Positions 36,730-48,261 of a stretch of DNA of 55,892 nt are shown in pieces. The notes beneath the pieces are model-generated. The model made no database searches. It worked only from the letters and a program-made list of their open reading frames with translations, and was not told where the DNA came from. The DNA comes from Acidobacteriota bacterium (GTDB lineage: Bacteria; Acidobacteriota; Thermoanaerobaculia; Thermoanaerobaculales; Sulfomarinibacteraceae). A program made the position numbers and the translations under genes. The number at the start of each line of letters is the position of its first letter. The stretch's first letter is position 1. The stretch spans positions 1 to 55,892 of the forward strand of contig JAADFN010000032.1 in NCBI GenBank assembly GCA_013152895.1, read 5' to 3'.

Positions 36730-37402
36730 TCCACACCGCCGGAAACAGAACGATTGAAACGATTGTCATGACGCCTCCCAAGGATACAACGGCCCGCAGA
36801 GCGCTCCCGGCGCCCTGGGCCGATCCCTCCGCCACCGCTCTCGTTCCCTGGATGACGAAGATCAGCAGCGGAAGCAGCAACGGCAACGAAAGCACCGAGA
36901 ACAGAGCGCCGCGCGACGAGGCACGGGCGATGATTGCCGCCACGATCGTTGTCGTCACCGCCAGAGTATACCCCCCGGCAAGCAGGATCCAGATCAACCC
37001 GCCCACGGAAAGGACCTGGAAACCCATCAGGACGACGTAGAGCGGCACGAGAATGACCATCAGCAATTCGAGCACGACAAAATTGAAAAGCAGCTTGCCA
37101 CCCCACACGACCAGCGGCCGCGCCGAGAGGCGCAGGAGCGCAGCCGTGTGCGAATCCTCCTCCTTGACGAATGAGCGGTCGAGACCAGCCATCGCCGCGA
37201 AGAAGATGACGATCCACAGGAGCGCGGAGAGCAGGTACGGCCGGTCGGCTTGAGCAATCCGGTACGGACCGATCGTGTAGGAGATCGCGGCCAGCGTGGT
37301 GATCGCGAAGAGCCCAAGCGCATTGAAAGCCACGCGGGTCCGCAGCTCAGTCCTCAAGTCCTTGACGAAGACTGCCCCTGCCTCAGCCAGAAAGCGCCAC
37401 AC
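36722..37402 (-). CDS. ccmB: Heme exporter permease CcmB
   Basis: KDLRTELRT, LLWIVIFFAAM.GL.RSF..EED, GKLLFN, LSLPLLLPLL; GTG start. Confidence 0.92.
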   Translation of the reverse strand: MWRFLAEAGAVFVKDLRTELRTRVAFNALGLFAITTLAAISYTIGPYRIAQADRPYLLSALLWIVIFFAAMAGLDRSFVKEEDSHTAALLRLSARPLVVWGGKLLFNFVVLELLMVILVPLYVVLMGFQVLSVGGLIWILLAGGYTLAVTTTIVAAIIARASSRGALFSVLSLPLLLPLLIFVIQGTRAVAEGSAQGAGSALRAVVSLGGVMTIVSIVLFPAVWNE

Positions 37403-38015
37403 GGCTCGTCCCCCATTCCATTTCCCTGAGATCGTTCGTCGCGAGCACGATCGTCTTCCCGGCCCTCCGCTGGCCACCAACCAGCTCCTCCAGCCAGCCC
37501 TGCCCGGCCGGGTCGAGATTGGCTCCCGGCTCGTCGAGGAACAGGACCTCCGGATCGTGCAGGATCGCCTGTGCGATCTTCAACCGCTGGTGCATCCCGG
37601 TCGAAAAACCGCGAACCTGCGTCTTTCGCTCAGGATCCAACCCGACACGTTCCAGGGAGGCGCGGCACCGCTTCTCGGCGTCCCGGACACCTCGGACCAG
37701 CGCGAAGAATCGCAGGTTCTCCAACGCGTCCAGCTCCTCGTACAGGCTCATCGCGGGCGCCACGATCCCGAGATGGTCGCGCCAGCTCTCGCGGGGAATC
37801 TCCCCGTCGGAGCCAGCCCGGTACCGGACCGTGCCGCGCGTCGCCCGCACCAGCCCGCACAGGATCGTCACGAGCGTCGATTTTCCAGATCCGTTCGGGC
37901 CCGTGATCGCCAACACCTCTCCGGGCCCCACGCGCCCGGACACGCTCCGGAAAACCACCCGCATGTCGAACCGCTTGGCCAACTCCTCGAACTCGATCGT
38001 GATCCCACCGCTCAT
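37383..38015 (-). CDS. ccmA: Heme ABC exporter ATPase CcmA
   Basis: GPNGSGKST, LENLRFF, FSTGMHQRL, LFLDEP..NLD; first gene of the ccm operon. Confidence 0.9.
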   Translation of the reverse strand: MSGGITIEFEELAKRFDMRVVFRSVSGRVGPGEVLAITGPNGSGKSTLVTILCGLVRATRGTVRYRAGSDGEIPRESWRDHLGIVAPAMSLYEELDALENLRFFALVRGVRDAEKRCRASLERVGLDPERKTQVRGFSTGMHQRLKIAQAILHDPEVLFLDEPGANLDPAGQGWLEELVGGQRRAGKTIVLATNDLREMEWGTSRVALSG

Positions 38016-38311
38016 GAACGAGAAGATACCATGCCCCCGACCGGTGCCGCACGCGCCAGACCTGTCCCAACGGCCTCGGCCGCGTATCTTGAGGTCTTTC
38101 GTCGCGAGAGGGTGGAGACGACCTGACGTTTCGACCAAGGTCGAGCCACGGCGTGCTCGTGGCACGCCGTCGGCGGCGCCGCCGCGAGAAATACCGACCT
38201 GGCGGGCGTCCGCACGGTCGCAGCGGGAAGCCGACGAGAGCTGCTGATGGATGACAGGGGATGTGGAGACCCGTGGCTCTTCCTCTTTTCCGGCTCTGTG
38301 GCAGGAGCGGG

Positions 38312-39913
38312 TTACAGGCTCTGGGCGGCAATCCTTCCGGTGAGAATACTCGTGCCCAGGAAGGTGCCTTCCAGCGTGCCACGGCCGTGGATGCCACCAC
38401 CGCCGAACCCGGCGGCTTCGCCGGCGGCCCACAGGCCCGGGATCGGTGCGCCGTCCCGGCCGAGCGCGCGGGACTGGAGATCGGTCTCGATGCCTCCCAG
38501 GCTTTTCCGGGCGAGGATCAGCTCGCGGATGGCCACGAGCGGACGGGCCTTGAGATCGAGGATCCGCTGGAATTTGCAGGTTCGAACCCGGTCCCCCCGG
38601 TACTGCCGGCAGTGGGCGATGCGGCGGAGCTGCTCGTCGTTGTGCAGCTTCGGCCCCCGGGCGATGTTGGCGTCGTAGCGGCGGATCTCCTCTTCGAGCA
38701 CGGCGGGATCGACGCGGTTTTCCCCCGTCAAGGCGTTCATCCCGGCGGCCAGCCCCTCGACCGTGTCCGCGACAACGAAGTCCTCGCACTCCGCGGCGAG
38801 CCGTTCGACGAGCTTCGGGTTCCCGAACAGGACTTCGCGGATGAACCTCGCGAACTGCTTGTTCCTGACGGCGTCGTTGTACTCCGAGCCCGACACCGCC
38901 AGCTCTTTCGTCGCAATCTTCCAGTTCATCACCTGCCAGGAGTACTGGCCCGGCTGGCGCAGGATCTGCTCGACCAGGAACCGCGTGTCGTACGCCGTGA
39001 TCAACGGCATCGGTCCGATCCGGCGCCCGTCAGCGTTCATCCAGAGCGCCGACTTCGGCGGGACCAGGCTGAGGCCGTGCCGCTCCCGGTCCGGATGGGG
39101 GTGGTGGATTCCGGCAGCGTAGTGCCACTGCAGGTCGAGGTGCGTGATCCTGCCGCCCAGCTTTTCGACGAGATCCTGAAGCTCGCCATCGCCGAACCGG
39201 TGGGCGCCGTTGAGGAGCTGGGCCGGAGGCGCGCCCCACGGCGTGTACCAGTGCCGGTGCAGCTTCTCCAGCGAGCCGCAGATCCCTCCCGCCGCCACGA
39301 TGACGGCGTCCCCGTGGGCAACGAGCTCCTCGCCGGTATCCTCGAAGACGCCGGAACATCCGGTCACCGCTCCGCCCGAGGTTTCCAGCCCGTTGATGTG
39401 GCAGCCAAAGTGCATCCCGAGGTTGCTCCGGCGCGGGTGATTCTCAAGGGTCGCGACGAGCGCCTCGATCAGGCCGTGCCCCGTTCCCCACACCATGTGG
39501 AAACGCGGCACCGAGTTGCCGGGCCCGTACAGGCCGCGCTCGACCCAGTGGACCACGGGGAAGAATGTCACCTTGCACGCCTTCAACCAGGTGTAGACGT
39601 CCTCGTGGCAGCGGTTGACGTAGGCCTCGGCCCACCGACCCGGCCAGGCGTCATCCTCGCCGAGATGCGCCACCGAGAGCCAGTCCCGCAACGCCAGATC
39701 CGGGCTGTCGTGGATCCCGAGCCGCCGCTGTTCCTTTGATCCGACGACGAAGATGCCGCCGAACGACTCCCTGGCGAGCCCCCCGAACCGCTCCGGCGTA
39801 TCGCGGTCGAGGAGCGTCACCTTCATCCCTCGATCGAGCAGCTCCAACGCCGCCGCAATCCCCGCGATCCCCCCGCCAACGATCACAACATCGCTTTGCA
39901 GTTTCCGTACCAT
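38312..39913 (-). CDS. FAD-binding dehydrogenase (FAD_binding_2/KstD-like family)
   Basis: VVIVGGGIAG, GGLARESFGG, PRFHMVWGTG, RKSLGGIETD, GLWAAGEAAGFGGGG, LEGTFLG. Confidence 0.9.
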   Translation of the reverse strand: MVRKLQSDVVIVGGGIAGIAAALELLDRGMKVTLLDRDTPERFGGLARESFGGIFVVGSKEQRRLGIHDSPDLALRDWLSVAHLGEDDAWPGRWAEAYVNRCHEDVYTWLKACKVTFFPVVHWVERGLYGPGNSVPRFHMVWGTGHGLIEALVATLENHPRRSNLGMHFGCHINGLETSGGAVTGCSGVFEDTGEELVAHGDAVIVAAGGICGSLEKLHRHWYTPWGAPPAQLLNGAHRFGDGELQDLVEKLGGRITHLDLQWHYAAGIHHPHPDRERHGLSLVPPKSALWMNADGRRIGPMPLITAYDTRFLVEQILRQPGQYSWQVMNWKIATKELAVSGSEYNDAVRNKQFARFIREVLFGNPKLVERLAAECEDFVVADTVEGLAAGMNALTGENRVDPAVLEEEIRRYDANIARGPKLHNDEQLRRIAHCRQYRGDRVRTCKFQRILDLKARPLVAIRELILARKSLGGIETDLQSRALGRDGAPIPGLWAAGEAAGFGGGGIHGRGTLEGTFLGTSILTGRIAAQSL

Positions 39914-39985
39914 GGATCCCCTTCCGCGCCCTCCATTTCGTTCTGTTCCCAGTGTACAACCAGCTGCTCCGGCCATGGCCGCGTT

Positions 39986-42628
39986 ATGATGATGAGGATG
40001 TTTGTCGATCTGAAGCCAGGAATGCTGCTCGGGGATTACCGGCTGGTCTCCGTTATCGGTCATGGCGGCATGGGGACCGTCTGGCGCGCCACCCACGAGG
40101 CTCTTGGCCGCGAGGTCGCGGTCAAGGTTCTCCCCGAGCACCTCGTCAACGATGAGAGCGCCAGGAAGCGTTTCTACCGGGAAGCCCGGGTGCTGGCCCA
40201 GCTCGTTCATCCAAATATCGTGACGATCTTCGACGTCGGGTCGGTTGAGGTCGAGCGGGAGACGATGCCGTACATCGTCATGGAGCTCCTGCACGGCCGC
40301 TCTTTGGACGTCAGGATTTCCGGGGGCGATCTGGGCCCGCAGGAGGCCGTCCGGATCGCCATGCAGATCGCCCGGGCCCTCGGCGCCGCGCACCGGGCCG
40401 GTATCGTGCACAGGGATCTCAAGCCGTCGAACGTCATCGTCGATAGCTCCGGACACGTCAAGGTTCTCGACTTCGGCTTGGCGCGTCTGCTGCAACCTGG
40501 AGCCGCGTCGGAGACCACGCTGACCGAGACCGGAATCGTCCTCGGCTCGTGCGCCTACATGTCCCCGGAGCAGGCCAGCGGCGATACGATCGGGCCACCG
40601 TCGGATGTCTTTTCCTTCGGATCTCTCGTCTTCGAGATGCTCACCGGGCGCCGTGCCTTCGAAGGGCCGACTCCCGTTACCGTCCTCGAACAGGTTGCAA
40701 AGGCGAAGAAGCCTGCGATCGAAGAGGTGGCCCCGCAGCTTCCTCCCTCCTTGGTAGCCATCATCGAGAGGTGCATGGAGAAGAATCCCGAGCGGCGTTA
40801 CGCCGATGGAGAAGAGCTCGCCCAGGACCTGGGAACGATCGACGCTTCGGCCATCGGATCATACAGCCAGCGCGCGACCCAGAGCTCGCCCGTCGTCAGC
40901 CGCCCGCAGGCACTCGCCAGCCGGAGGCGCAAACGCCTGAAACGGGCTCTCGTCTACGTGTTGGCCGGGCTGACCGCCGGCGTTCTGGCAGGGTTTCTCA
41001 CGGCACGGCACGGGTACGAGCCACTTCGCCCCGATCCGGGGCTGTGGACGAGCCAGGAGGTGCTTCAAACACGGGGGCAGCTTGCCCATCCAGACTGGAA
41101 CCCCTCGGGAAAGTGGCTGGCCGTCGAGCATCTCCAGGGTGCGGAGGGGGAGATCATTCTCGTCGCCTCCAACGGCGCCCGGCGGCGGAGGCTTGCCCGG
41201 GCGGTGCCGGGGCATATCCTCGCATGGCCGCATTTCTCGCCGGACGGATCTGCGCTGGCCGTCACCGAGATCGGAGGGCCGAGCTCGCAGGCGCTTATCT
41301 ACCCGGCCGTGGGAGGCTCGCCGACGGCGAAGATCGCCAACGCTGCTCATGCCAGCTGGGTCGGGCCACACCTCGTGGCGTTCTCACGTTTCGCCGGAAC
41401 CTCAAGCTCACTGTGGGAACACGACCTGACCACGGGGAACGAGCGCGAGCTGCTCCCCGCGGACGGTGGCACCTGGTGGTGGGCCGCCGAGCGCAATGCC
41501 TCCGGCCGGATGGCCGTCCTCGGCGGGCCGAACGATGTCCGGGGCGGGATCTGGATCATGGGCCGGCCTGGCGGCCGGCCAGTGCCGTGGTTGCGGCCCG
41601 GGCGGAAGGTGGCCGGGTTCAGCTGGGCGTCCGGGGGACGATCCCTGGCGGTTTCGATCGACGACAGGCTGGCACAGCTCGGACCGGAAGGCCTCCGGCC
41701 CCTGGTCCCCAGCCTCGATCACCTGACGAATCCCGCATTCGATTCGAGCGGAACGCGTCTCGCCATCGTTCGAAACCACCGCCAGACGGAGCTGGTTGCG
41801 GTCCCGCCAAGCGGAGGGTCATGGTCATGCCTCGCGTGCAACGTGCCGGGAATGGGCTGGGGCAGCACCGGGCCCGGGGGTACCGTCCTGTACGGACGCG
41901 TGCGCGGCCACCATCGTGAAATCGAGATGACGAGCCCTCGCTCCGCCCCGCGGGTCGTCAGCCCTCCTGGAGAGGATGCGTCCTGCCCGGTGCTCTCGCC
42001 GGACGGGGCCCGGGTCGCCTACCTCTCACGCACCGCCGGCATGGGCACGGAGTTGCGGGTCATCGCCCTCGACGGCGGCGAGCCCGTCACGCTGGCGACC
42101 GGCGTCGAGGGATCCGAGCTGGTCAGCTGGTCGCCTGACGGCCGTTTTCTGACCTATGCCGGGGGCTCCCCGACCTCCGTCTTCACCGTCGCAACCGCGG
42201 GAGGCGCGCCAAACCGGCTGACGGAGGGCGATTATCCCGCGTGGAGTCCCAGGGGAACGTGGATCGCCCTCGCCGTCTGGACGGACGAGAGCGATCCCAG
42301 GCAAGGGACATGGGTCATCCATCCCGATGGAACGGGCGCCCTCAAGGTCAGCGACAGCCCCACCCGAACCGTCTGGCGTCCCGACGGCCGCGCGCTGTGG
42401 CAACTGCGCCGGGGCAAGAACGCCCTCGAGCTGTGGGAATGCTCCGTCAAGGGATGGAGGTGGCGCCGACGCTCGGTCCTCGATCTCGGAGTGCCCCCCG
42501 TCCCCTACGCCGAGTACTTCCCGTTCAGCGTCGACCCGGGCACCGGCGCTCTCGCCATCCATCGCCGCACGACGATCGGGGAGCTGATCGTCTTCTCCGG
42601 CATCGATCCCAGGCGGTGGAAACCGTAG
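39986..42628 (+). CDS. Hanks-type Ser/Thr kinase with a TM helix and extracytoplasmic TolB-like (PD40) propeller repeats
   Basis: IGHGGMGTVW, VAVKVL, HRDLKPSN, DFGLA, YMSPEQ; TM; FSPDG/LSPDG/WSPDG repeats; start uncertain between 39986 and 39998. Confidence 0.92.
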   Translation: MMMRMFVDLKPGMLLGDYRLVSVIGHGGMGTVWRATHEALGREVAVKVLPEHLVNDESARKRFYREARVLAQLVHPNIVTIFDVGSVEVERETMPYIVMELLHGRSLDVRISGGDLGPQEAVRIAMQIARALGAAHRAGIVHRDLKPSNVIVDSSGHVKVLDFGLARLLQPGAASETTLTETGIVLGSCAYMSPEQASGDTIGPPSDVFSFGSLVFEMLTGRRAFEGPTPVTVLEQVAKAKKPAIEEVAPQLPPSLVAIIERCMEKNPERRYADGEELAQDLGTIDASAIGSYSQRATQSSPVVSRPQALASRRRKRLKRALVYVLAGLTAGVLAGFLTARHGYEPLRPDPGLWTSQEVLQTRGQLAHPDWNPSGKWLAVEHLQGAEGEIILVASNGARRRRLARAVPGHILAWPHFSPDGSALAVTEIGGPSSQALIYPAVGGSPTAKIANAAHASWVGPHLVAFSRFAGTSSSLWEHDLTTGNERELLPADGGTWWWAAERNASGRMAVLGGPNDVRGGIWIMGRPGGRPVPWLRPGRKVAGFSWASGGRSLAVSIDDRLAQLGPEGLRPLVPSLDHLTNPAFDSSGTRLAIVRNHRQTELVAVPPSGGSWSCLACNVPGMGWGSTGPGGTVLYGRVRGHHREIEMTSPRSAPRVVSPPGEDASCPVLSPDGARVAYLSRTAGMGTELRVIALDGGEPVTLATGVEGSELVSWSPDGRFLTYAGGSPTSVFTVATAGGAPNRLTEGDYPAWSPRGTWIALAVWTDESDPRQGTWVIHPDGTGALKVSDSPTRTVWRPDGRALWQLRRGKNALELWECSVKGWRWRRRSVLDLGVPPVPYAEYFPFSVDPGTGALAIHRRTTIGELIVFSGIDPRRWKP

Positions 42629-42692
42629 GCGCTACCCGGATCATTCACCTCTCGCCGCGCCACTCGCCACGACCGCTGATGCACCATCCGCG

Positions 42693-43721
42693 CTACGCAA
42701 CGCCGTAGTAGTCGCGGTACCACGCCACGAAGCGGCGGATCCCCTCCTCGATCGGCGTGGCGGGTTTGAAACCGACCGCCTCCGTGAGGCTTTCAACATC
42801 GGCGTAGGTCGCCGGAACATCCCCGGGTTGCAACGGAAGCATCGTCTTCTTGGCCGTGCGCCCGAGCGCCCGCTCGATCGCGGAGATGAAGTCCATCAGC
42901 TCGACGGGGTTGTTGTTGCCGATGTTGTACAGGCGGTACGGCGCCGGGCTCGTCCCGGGATCGGGCCTGTCGCCCGACCAGTCCGGGTCGGGCCCGGGGA
43001 CCCGGTCCAGCACACGGACCACGCCCTCGATGATGTCATCGATGTAGGTGAAGTCGCGCCGCATCCGGCCGTGGTTGAACACGTCGATCGGCTTGCCCTC
43101 CAGGATCGCCCTGGTGAAGAGGAACAACGCCATGTCGGGCCGGCCCCACGGGCCGTAGACGGTGAAGAACCTCAGGCCGGTCGTCGGCACGCCGTACAGG
43201 TGCGCGTAGGTGTGTGCCATCAGCTCGTTGGCCTTCTTCGTCGCGGCGTAGAGGGATACGGGATGATCGACATTGTCATGCACCGAAAACGGCATCTTCG
43301 TGTTGAGACCGTAGACGGACGACGATGATGCGAAGACGAGGTGCCCGACGCCGGTGTGACGGCATCCCTCGAGGATGTTGAGAAAACCGACGACGTTGGA
43401 GTCGATGTAGGCGTACGGGTTTTCGAGCGAGTACCGGACGCCGGCCTGCGCCGCGAGGTTGACCACCTTGCCGAACCGGCTTTCCTCGAAGAGCGACTTC
43501 ATGCCCGCGCGGTCGGCGAGATCGATGCGGACGAACCGGAAACCCGGGTGGGAGTCAAGCCGGGCGAGTCGCGCCTGCTTGAGGGCGGGATCGTAGTAGT
43601 CGTTGAGGTTGTCGAGACCGGTGACGCTCTCGCCCTGCTCGAGCAGCCGTTTCGCGAGGTGAAAACCGATGAAACCGGCGGCGCCGGTGATCAGGATTGG
43701 AGACTTCGTCGAGCTCGTCAT
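42693..43721 (-). CDS. NAD-dependent epimerase, UDP-glucuronate 4-epimerase-like
   Basis: [45 protein letters not shown]. Confidence 0.93.
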   Translation of the reverse strand: MTSSTKSPILITGAAGFIGFHLAKRLLEQGESVTGLDNLNDYYDPALKQARLARLDSHPGFRFVRIDLADRAGMKSLFEESRFGKVVNLAAQAGVRYSLENPYAYIDSNVVGFLNILEGCRHTGVGHLVFASSSSVYGLNTKMPFSVHDNVDHPVSLYAATKKANELMAHTYAHLYGVPTTGLRFFTVYGPWGRPDMALFLFTRAILEGKPIDVFNHGRMRRDFTYIDDIIEGVVRVLDRVPGPDPDWSGDRPDPGTSPAPYRLYNIGNNNPVELMDFISAIERALGRTAKKTMLPLQPGDVPATYADVESLTEAVGFKPATPIEEGIRRFVAWYRDYYGVA

Positions 43722-43733
43722 CGGCCGTCCTCC

Positions 43734-45056
43734 TCAGGCCCGAACGACGTTGGGTCGCGGGTCCCGGTAGACGCCGCGGGTGTCGACGATCAACGGTGCG
43801 GAGCGGGCGACACGATCGTAATCGACGGCGGAGTGATCCGTTGCGATGAGCACCGCGTCGCAGGCGGCGAGCCCATCTTCTGTCAACGCCACCGATTCCA
43901 TCGGAGGCAGATCGGGCCAGGAGCGCATGCGCGGCGCGCGCGGGATGTGTGGATCGTGATAGCTGACTTCGGCGCCACGCTGGAGCAGCCGGTGGATCAG
44001 CTCGAAGGAAGGGCTCTCGCGGGGATCGTCGATGTCCTTCTTGTACGCCAGACCGAGCACGAGAATCTTCGACCCGTTGATCGCCTTGCCACGGTCGTTG
44101 AGCGCCATCTGGAGCTTTTCGACAACGTAGTGAGGCATCTCCACGTTGATCTCGCCCGCCAGCTCGATGAACTTCGTGGGTTGGCCGTACTCGCGCGCCT
44201 TCCAGGCGAGGTAGAACGGGTCGAGCGGGATGCAGTGTCCACCCCAGCCGGGTCCCGGGTTGAACCGCATGAAGCCGAACGGCTTGGATTCCGCGGCGTC
44301 GAGAACCTCCCAGACGTCGATCCCCATGGCGTCGTAGACGACCTTAAGCTCGTTGACGAGGGCGATGTTGACGGCCCGGAAGATGTTTTCCATCAGCTTG
44401 GTGGCTTCCGCAGTCCGCGCCGACGAGACGCGGACCGTCCGGGCGATCGCCTGCGAGTACAGGAGCTCGGCGAGATCGCCCGAGGCTGGATCGACCCCAC
44501 CCACCACCTTGGGAATGGTCGTCGTGCCAAAATCGGGATTGCCCGGATCCTCGCGCTCCGGCGAGAAGGCGAGGAAGAAACCAGTTCCACACTCCAGACC
44601 GGACTCTTCGAGGATGCCTCGAATCAACTCGTCGGTCGTGCCGGGGTAGGTCGTCGACTCCAGGACGACGAGCTGGCCCCGCCGGAGCCGCGGTGCGATC
44701 TGCCGCGCGGTCTTTTCCACGTAGCTCATGTCTGGCTCGCGCTGGGGCGTCAACGGCGTCGGTACGCAGATGAGGATCGCATCCGGTTCGTCCAGGCGAT
44801 GGAAATCTGCCGTCGCGTGCAACCGGCCCGCCTGGACGGCCGCCGCGAGCCGGCCCCCGTCGAGGTGCTTGATGTACGACTCCCCACGGCCGATGGCGCC
44901 GATCTTCGCCTGGTCGATATCGAAGCCGAGGACGTCGAACCCACGCTCGGCGAAAGCGATGGCAAGGGGGAGGCCGACGTAGCCCAGGCCGATGACGCCG
45001 ATGGCCGCCTCGTGGTGAACAATCTTTTCACGCAGCGATGTCGCGAGCTCCTTCAT
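43734..45056 (-). CDS. Nucleotide-sugar dehydrogenase (UDP-GlcNAc 6-dehydrogenase, WbpA/WecC-like)
   Basis: [54 protein letters not shown]; ATGA overlap with rfbA. Confidence 0.92.
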   Translation of the reverse strand: MKELATSLREKIVHHEAAIGVIGLGYVGLPLAIAFAERGFDVLGFDIDQAKIGAIGRGESYIKHLDGGRLAAAVQAGRLHATADFHRLDEPDAILICVPTPLTPQREPDMSYVEKTARQIAPRLRRGQLVVLESTTYPGTTDELIRGILEESGLECGTGFFLAFSPEREDPGNPDFGTTTIPKVVGGVDPASGDLAELLYSQAIARTVRVSSARTAEATKLMENIFRAVNIALVNELKVVYDAMGIDVWEVLDAAESKPFGFMRFNPGPGWGGHCIPLDPFYLAWKAREYGQPTKFIELAGEINVEMPHYVVEKLQMALNDRGKAINGSKILVLGLAYKKDIDDPRESPSFELIHRLLQRGAEVSYHDPHIPRAPRMRSWPDLPPMESVALTEDGLAACDAVLIATDHSAVDYDRVARSAPLIVDTRGVYRDPRPNVVRA

Positions 45057-45919
45057 TGATCCAACAACTCCACGAGATACCTCCCGTACCCGCTCTTGGC
45101 GAGTGGCTCTGCAAGCTTCTTCAACTGTTCGCCATCGATGAATCCCATCCGCCATGCGACCTCTTCCGGGCTCGCGATCTTGAATCCCTGGCGTTCTTCG
45201 ACGATCTGGATGAACTTGGACGCCTTGAGAAGCGACTCGTGGGTGCCGGTGTCCAGCCACGCGTACCCGCGGCCGAGCAGCTCGACGTGAAGCTCGCCGG
45301 CGTCCATGTACCACCGGTTGACGTCGGTGATCTCCAGCTCGCCGCGCGCCGATCGCTCGATCGACTTTGCAATACCGATAACGCGCCGGTCGTAAAAATA
45401 AAGGCCGGTCACGGCAAAGTTGGATCGCGGGCTGGCGGGCTTCTCTTCGAGGCTCACGGCGCGGCCGTCCGGCCCGAGCTCGACGACGCCGTACCGCTCG
45501 GGATCGTGGACCCGGTAGGCGAAGACCGTCGCTCCCTGGGGATCCGCCGCCACACGCTGCAGGCGCTTGGCGAAGCCGTGTCCGTAGAAGATATTGTCGC
45601 CGAGGATCAGGCACACCGTCTCGTCCCCGACGAACCGCTCGCCGATCAAGAACGCCTCGGCCAGGCCGCCGGGAAACGGCTGGACGGCGTACTCGAGCTC
45701 GATCCCCCACTGGCGCCCGTCACCGAGAAGCCGGCGGAATTGTTCCTGCTCGTGGGGCGTCGTGATGATCAGGATCTTCCGCAGGCCCGCCAGCATCAAC
45801 GTGCTGAGCGGATAGTAGATCATCGGCTTGTCGTACACCGGCATGAGCTGTTTCGAAACCGCGATCGTCAATGGGTGCAGCCGGGTCCCCGCTCCTCCGG
45901 CGAGGATGATCCCCCTCAT
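45053..45919 (-). CDS. rfbA: Glucose-1-phosphate thymidylyltransferase
   Basis: [51 protein letters not shown]. Confidence 0.96.
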   Translation of the reverse strand: MRGIILAGGAGTRLHPLTIAVSKQLMPVYDKPMIYYPLSTLMLAGLRKILIITTPHEQEQFRRLLGDGRQWGIELEYAVQPFPGGLAEAFLIGERFVGDETVCLILGDNIFYGHGFAKRLQRVAADPQGATVFAYRVHDPERYGVVELGPDGRAVSLEEKPASPRSNFAVTGLYFYDRRVIGIAKSIERSARGELEITDVNRWYMDAGELHVELLGRGYAWLDTGTHESLLKASKFIQIVEERQGFKIASPEEVAWRMGFIDGEQLKKLAEPLAKSGYGRYLVELLDQ

Positions 45920-48087
45920 GTCGTCACCCTCGGCTTTTTCTTCTTTTTCCGCGCATCCCCGCCCTCGGTGGCGTCGGTTCCATACCCGTACCGGTAATAG
46001 CTGTAATAACCCGCGTAATAATAATGATCCCTTTCCAGATCGACGTAGTTGAGCACCACGCCGGCGATCCGGGCGCCCGTCCGCGTCAACTGCCGCATCG
46101 CATCGTTGATCACCTTGCGCTTCGAAAAACCGTAGCGGACGACGACCAGCACAAGGTCGGAGGCCTGTGCGGCGATGACCGAATCGGTGACCGAGGCCAC
46201 CGGCGGAGAATCCATGATGATCCAGTCGTACTTTTCGCGCGCCCGTTCCAGCATCCTGACAAACGACTTCTTGCTGAAAAGCTCGGGCGGGTTCGGAGGC
46301 AGAGGACCGGTGGTCACGATGTCAAGGTTGGGCACGTCGGCAATCGTGTGCGCGACGTCCAGGATCTCCCGCTCTCCCAGGACGACGGAGGTCAATCCAC
46401 GCACATTCTTCGTGTTGATCAGGTGGTGAAGACTCGGCTTCCTCAGATCGGCATCGAGGATCAGCACCTTGCTCCCGCTGACCGCCAGCGTCTTGGCAAG
46501 GTTGAACGCCGTTGTCGTCTTTCCCTCCTGGGGTGTCGCAGAGGTTACCAGGATCACCTGGGATCCCTCGTTCCTCGCGGCCACCATCAACGCAGTTCTC
46601 AGGGAGTGGTACACCTCCCGTGCGACGCTTGAAGTCTCGCCCGTGTACGCGGGGACCGCGACCAGCGGCTCGCTTCCGAGATAGCGCTCGACGTCCTCGG
46701 GAGTGCGGATCGTCTGATCGATGTAATCCAGGCCGAGCACCAGGCCAACCCCGAGAAACAGTCCGAGCACGACCGAGAGCAGCAGCGTACGCCGCGGATT
46801 CGGCCGGTACGGCGCCGTCGGGGCCACGGCCGGATCGATAACGCGCACGTTGTTCAAACCCGCCGTCGACGAGATGTCGGTCTCCTTCGACCTTTGGAGC
46901 ATCTCCTCGTAGAACCGCTTGTTCTGTTCATACTCATGCTGAATCTTGTCGTACTCCAGGGTCTGCTTGGAAAGCTCGATGGCCTGCTGCCTGAGATTCT
47001 GGAGGTTCGAATACAACGCCAGCTCCCGGGCCTTCTTGATCTGGTAATCCGTCTGGAGCGATCTTACGATCCTCCTGATCTGCTCGCTGATCTTGTTGTT
47101 GAGACCCCGGATTCGCGAGCGCAGATCCTTGATGATCGGGTGGCCGGACTTGTAGGTCTGCAGCTTCTCGGCCAGCTCGATCTCGAGTTGGTTCTGCTGC
47201 TGCCTCAGTTGCTGGATCGTTGGATCGTTCATGATCTCCGGGAGGCTCGCGCCCGACAGGTTCTCCGCCCGGAGCCGTTTCAACGCCGCGATCTTCGTCT
47301 CCAGCCTGATCCGGCTCGTCTTGGCCTGGGCGTACGCCGAGGTCAGCGTGTTGACCTGCTCGGTGATCACGTTCTTGTCCTGGTCCCCGACAAACAGGGC
47401 GTCCTTGCGCTCCTTGAACTGCAGTAGTTTCTGCTCGGAAGCTTCGAGCTGCTTGCGTAACGGGGCGAGCTTACTCTGAATGACCTCGTACACCTTGCGC
47501 GTCCGGTCGAGGTTGTCCTCGATATTCATCGCGATGTACTCCTGCACGTACAGGTTGAGCCACTCGGCCGCCTTCTTCGGATCGGTATTGATCAGGGAGA
47601 GCTCGAGCACGTTCGTATCCTTGACCGGCTTGACGGTCAGGTTGCCAAGAAGCTGGTACGCAGCGGAATTGCTGTTCGGATTGTCCAGGCCGAGCTTCCT
47701 GGCAACCCGTTCGGCGAGCCGCCGCGTTTCGAGAACCTGCACCTGGTCCTGGGCGTAATGTTGGAGCTCCCACCAGCTCACGCCGCTGTAGATCTGATTC
47801 TTGATGATTTGTGGCGCCTGCTCCAGTGCGATTCGCGTCGAAGCCCGGTAGAGCTTCGTACGCGTAAACGCCCACGCACCCCCAACAAGAATGGCAACCA
47901 GGACGACAGCCGCAATGATCCACTTCTGACCCCAGAGGAGGTGGACATAGTCCATCACATTGATCTCGGGCTCCGTCTCCTCGGCGAACCAGCCGCCATC
48001 CGCAGGAGGTGGCGCCCACATTGGAGGCACACCCGGAGGCATCACGTACTGAGGTCCGCCCGGGTTGTTGATTGGCACGTCAGGCAT
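45916..48087 (-). CDS. wzc: Polysaccharide co-polymerase/BY tyrosine autokinase (Wzc/GumC family)
   Basis: Two TMs around a coiled coil, [25 protein letters not shown]-terminal Tyr cluster [16 protein letters not shown]. Confidence 0.92.
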   Translation of the reverse strand: MPDVPINNPGGPQYVMPPGVPPMWAPPPADGGWFAEETEPEINVMDYVHLLWGQKWIIAAVVLVAILVGGAWAFTRTKLYRASTRIALEQAPQIIKNQIYSGVSWWELQHYAQDQVQVLETRRLAERVARKLGLDNPNSNSAAYQLLGNLTVKPVKDTNVLELSLINTDPKKAAEWLNLYVQEYIAMNIEDNLDRTRKVYEVIQSKLAPLRKQLEASEQKLLQFKERKDALFVGDQDKNVITEQVNTLTSAYAQAKTSRIRLETKIAALKRLRAENLSGASLPEIMNDPTIQQLRQQQNQLEIELAEKLQTYKSGHPIIKDLRSRIRGLNNKISEQIRRIVRSLQTDYQIKKARELALYSNLQNLRQQAIELSKQTLEYDKIQHEYEQNKRFYEEMLQRSKETDISSTAGLNNVRVIDPAVAPTAPYRPNPRRTLLLSVVLGLFLGVGLVLGLDYIDQTIRTPEDVERYLGSEPLVAVPAYTGETSSVAREVYHSLRTALMVAARNEGSQVILVTSATPQEGKTTTAFNLAKTLAVSGSKVLILDADLRKPSLHHLINTKNVRGLTSVVLGEREILDVAHTIADVPNLDIVTTGPLPPNPPELFSKKSFVRMLERAREKYDWIIMDSPPVASVTDSVIAAQASDLVLVVVRYGFSKRKVINDAMRQLTRTGARIAGVVLNYVDLERDHYYYAGYYSYYRYGYGTDATEGGDARKKKKKPRVTT

Positions 48088-48261
48088 AAAACGTTCTCCT
48101 TAGAAAAAACGAAGGCGGCGAACCACTCTTCGAGAGTGTGCGGACTTCGGACCACGACCAGTCTCTCCGTGCACATCGGTAGAAACTCCCGATGGACGAA
48201 AGCTCTGCGGCAGAAACGTGCTCCAAACGAGTGAAAGAAAACCCACCATACACCGTCACCA

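Noticed and set aside
38016-40495. Long N-terminal extensions of ccmA (to 38789) and the FAD dehydrogenase (to 40495)
   Set aside because: They overlap neighbouring genes; family motifs begin at 38015 and 39913.
43341-45710. 572-aa + strand ORF and the N-terminal extension of the sugar dehydrogenase
   Set aside because: Antisense shadow and overlap with rfbA, respectively.
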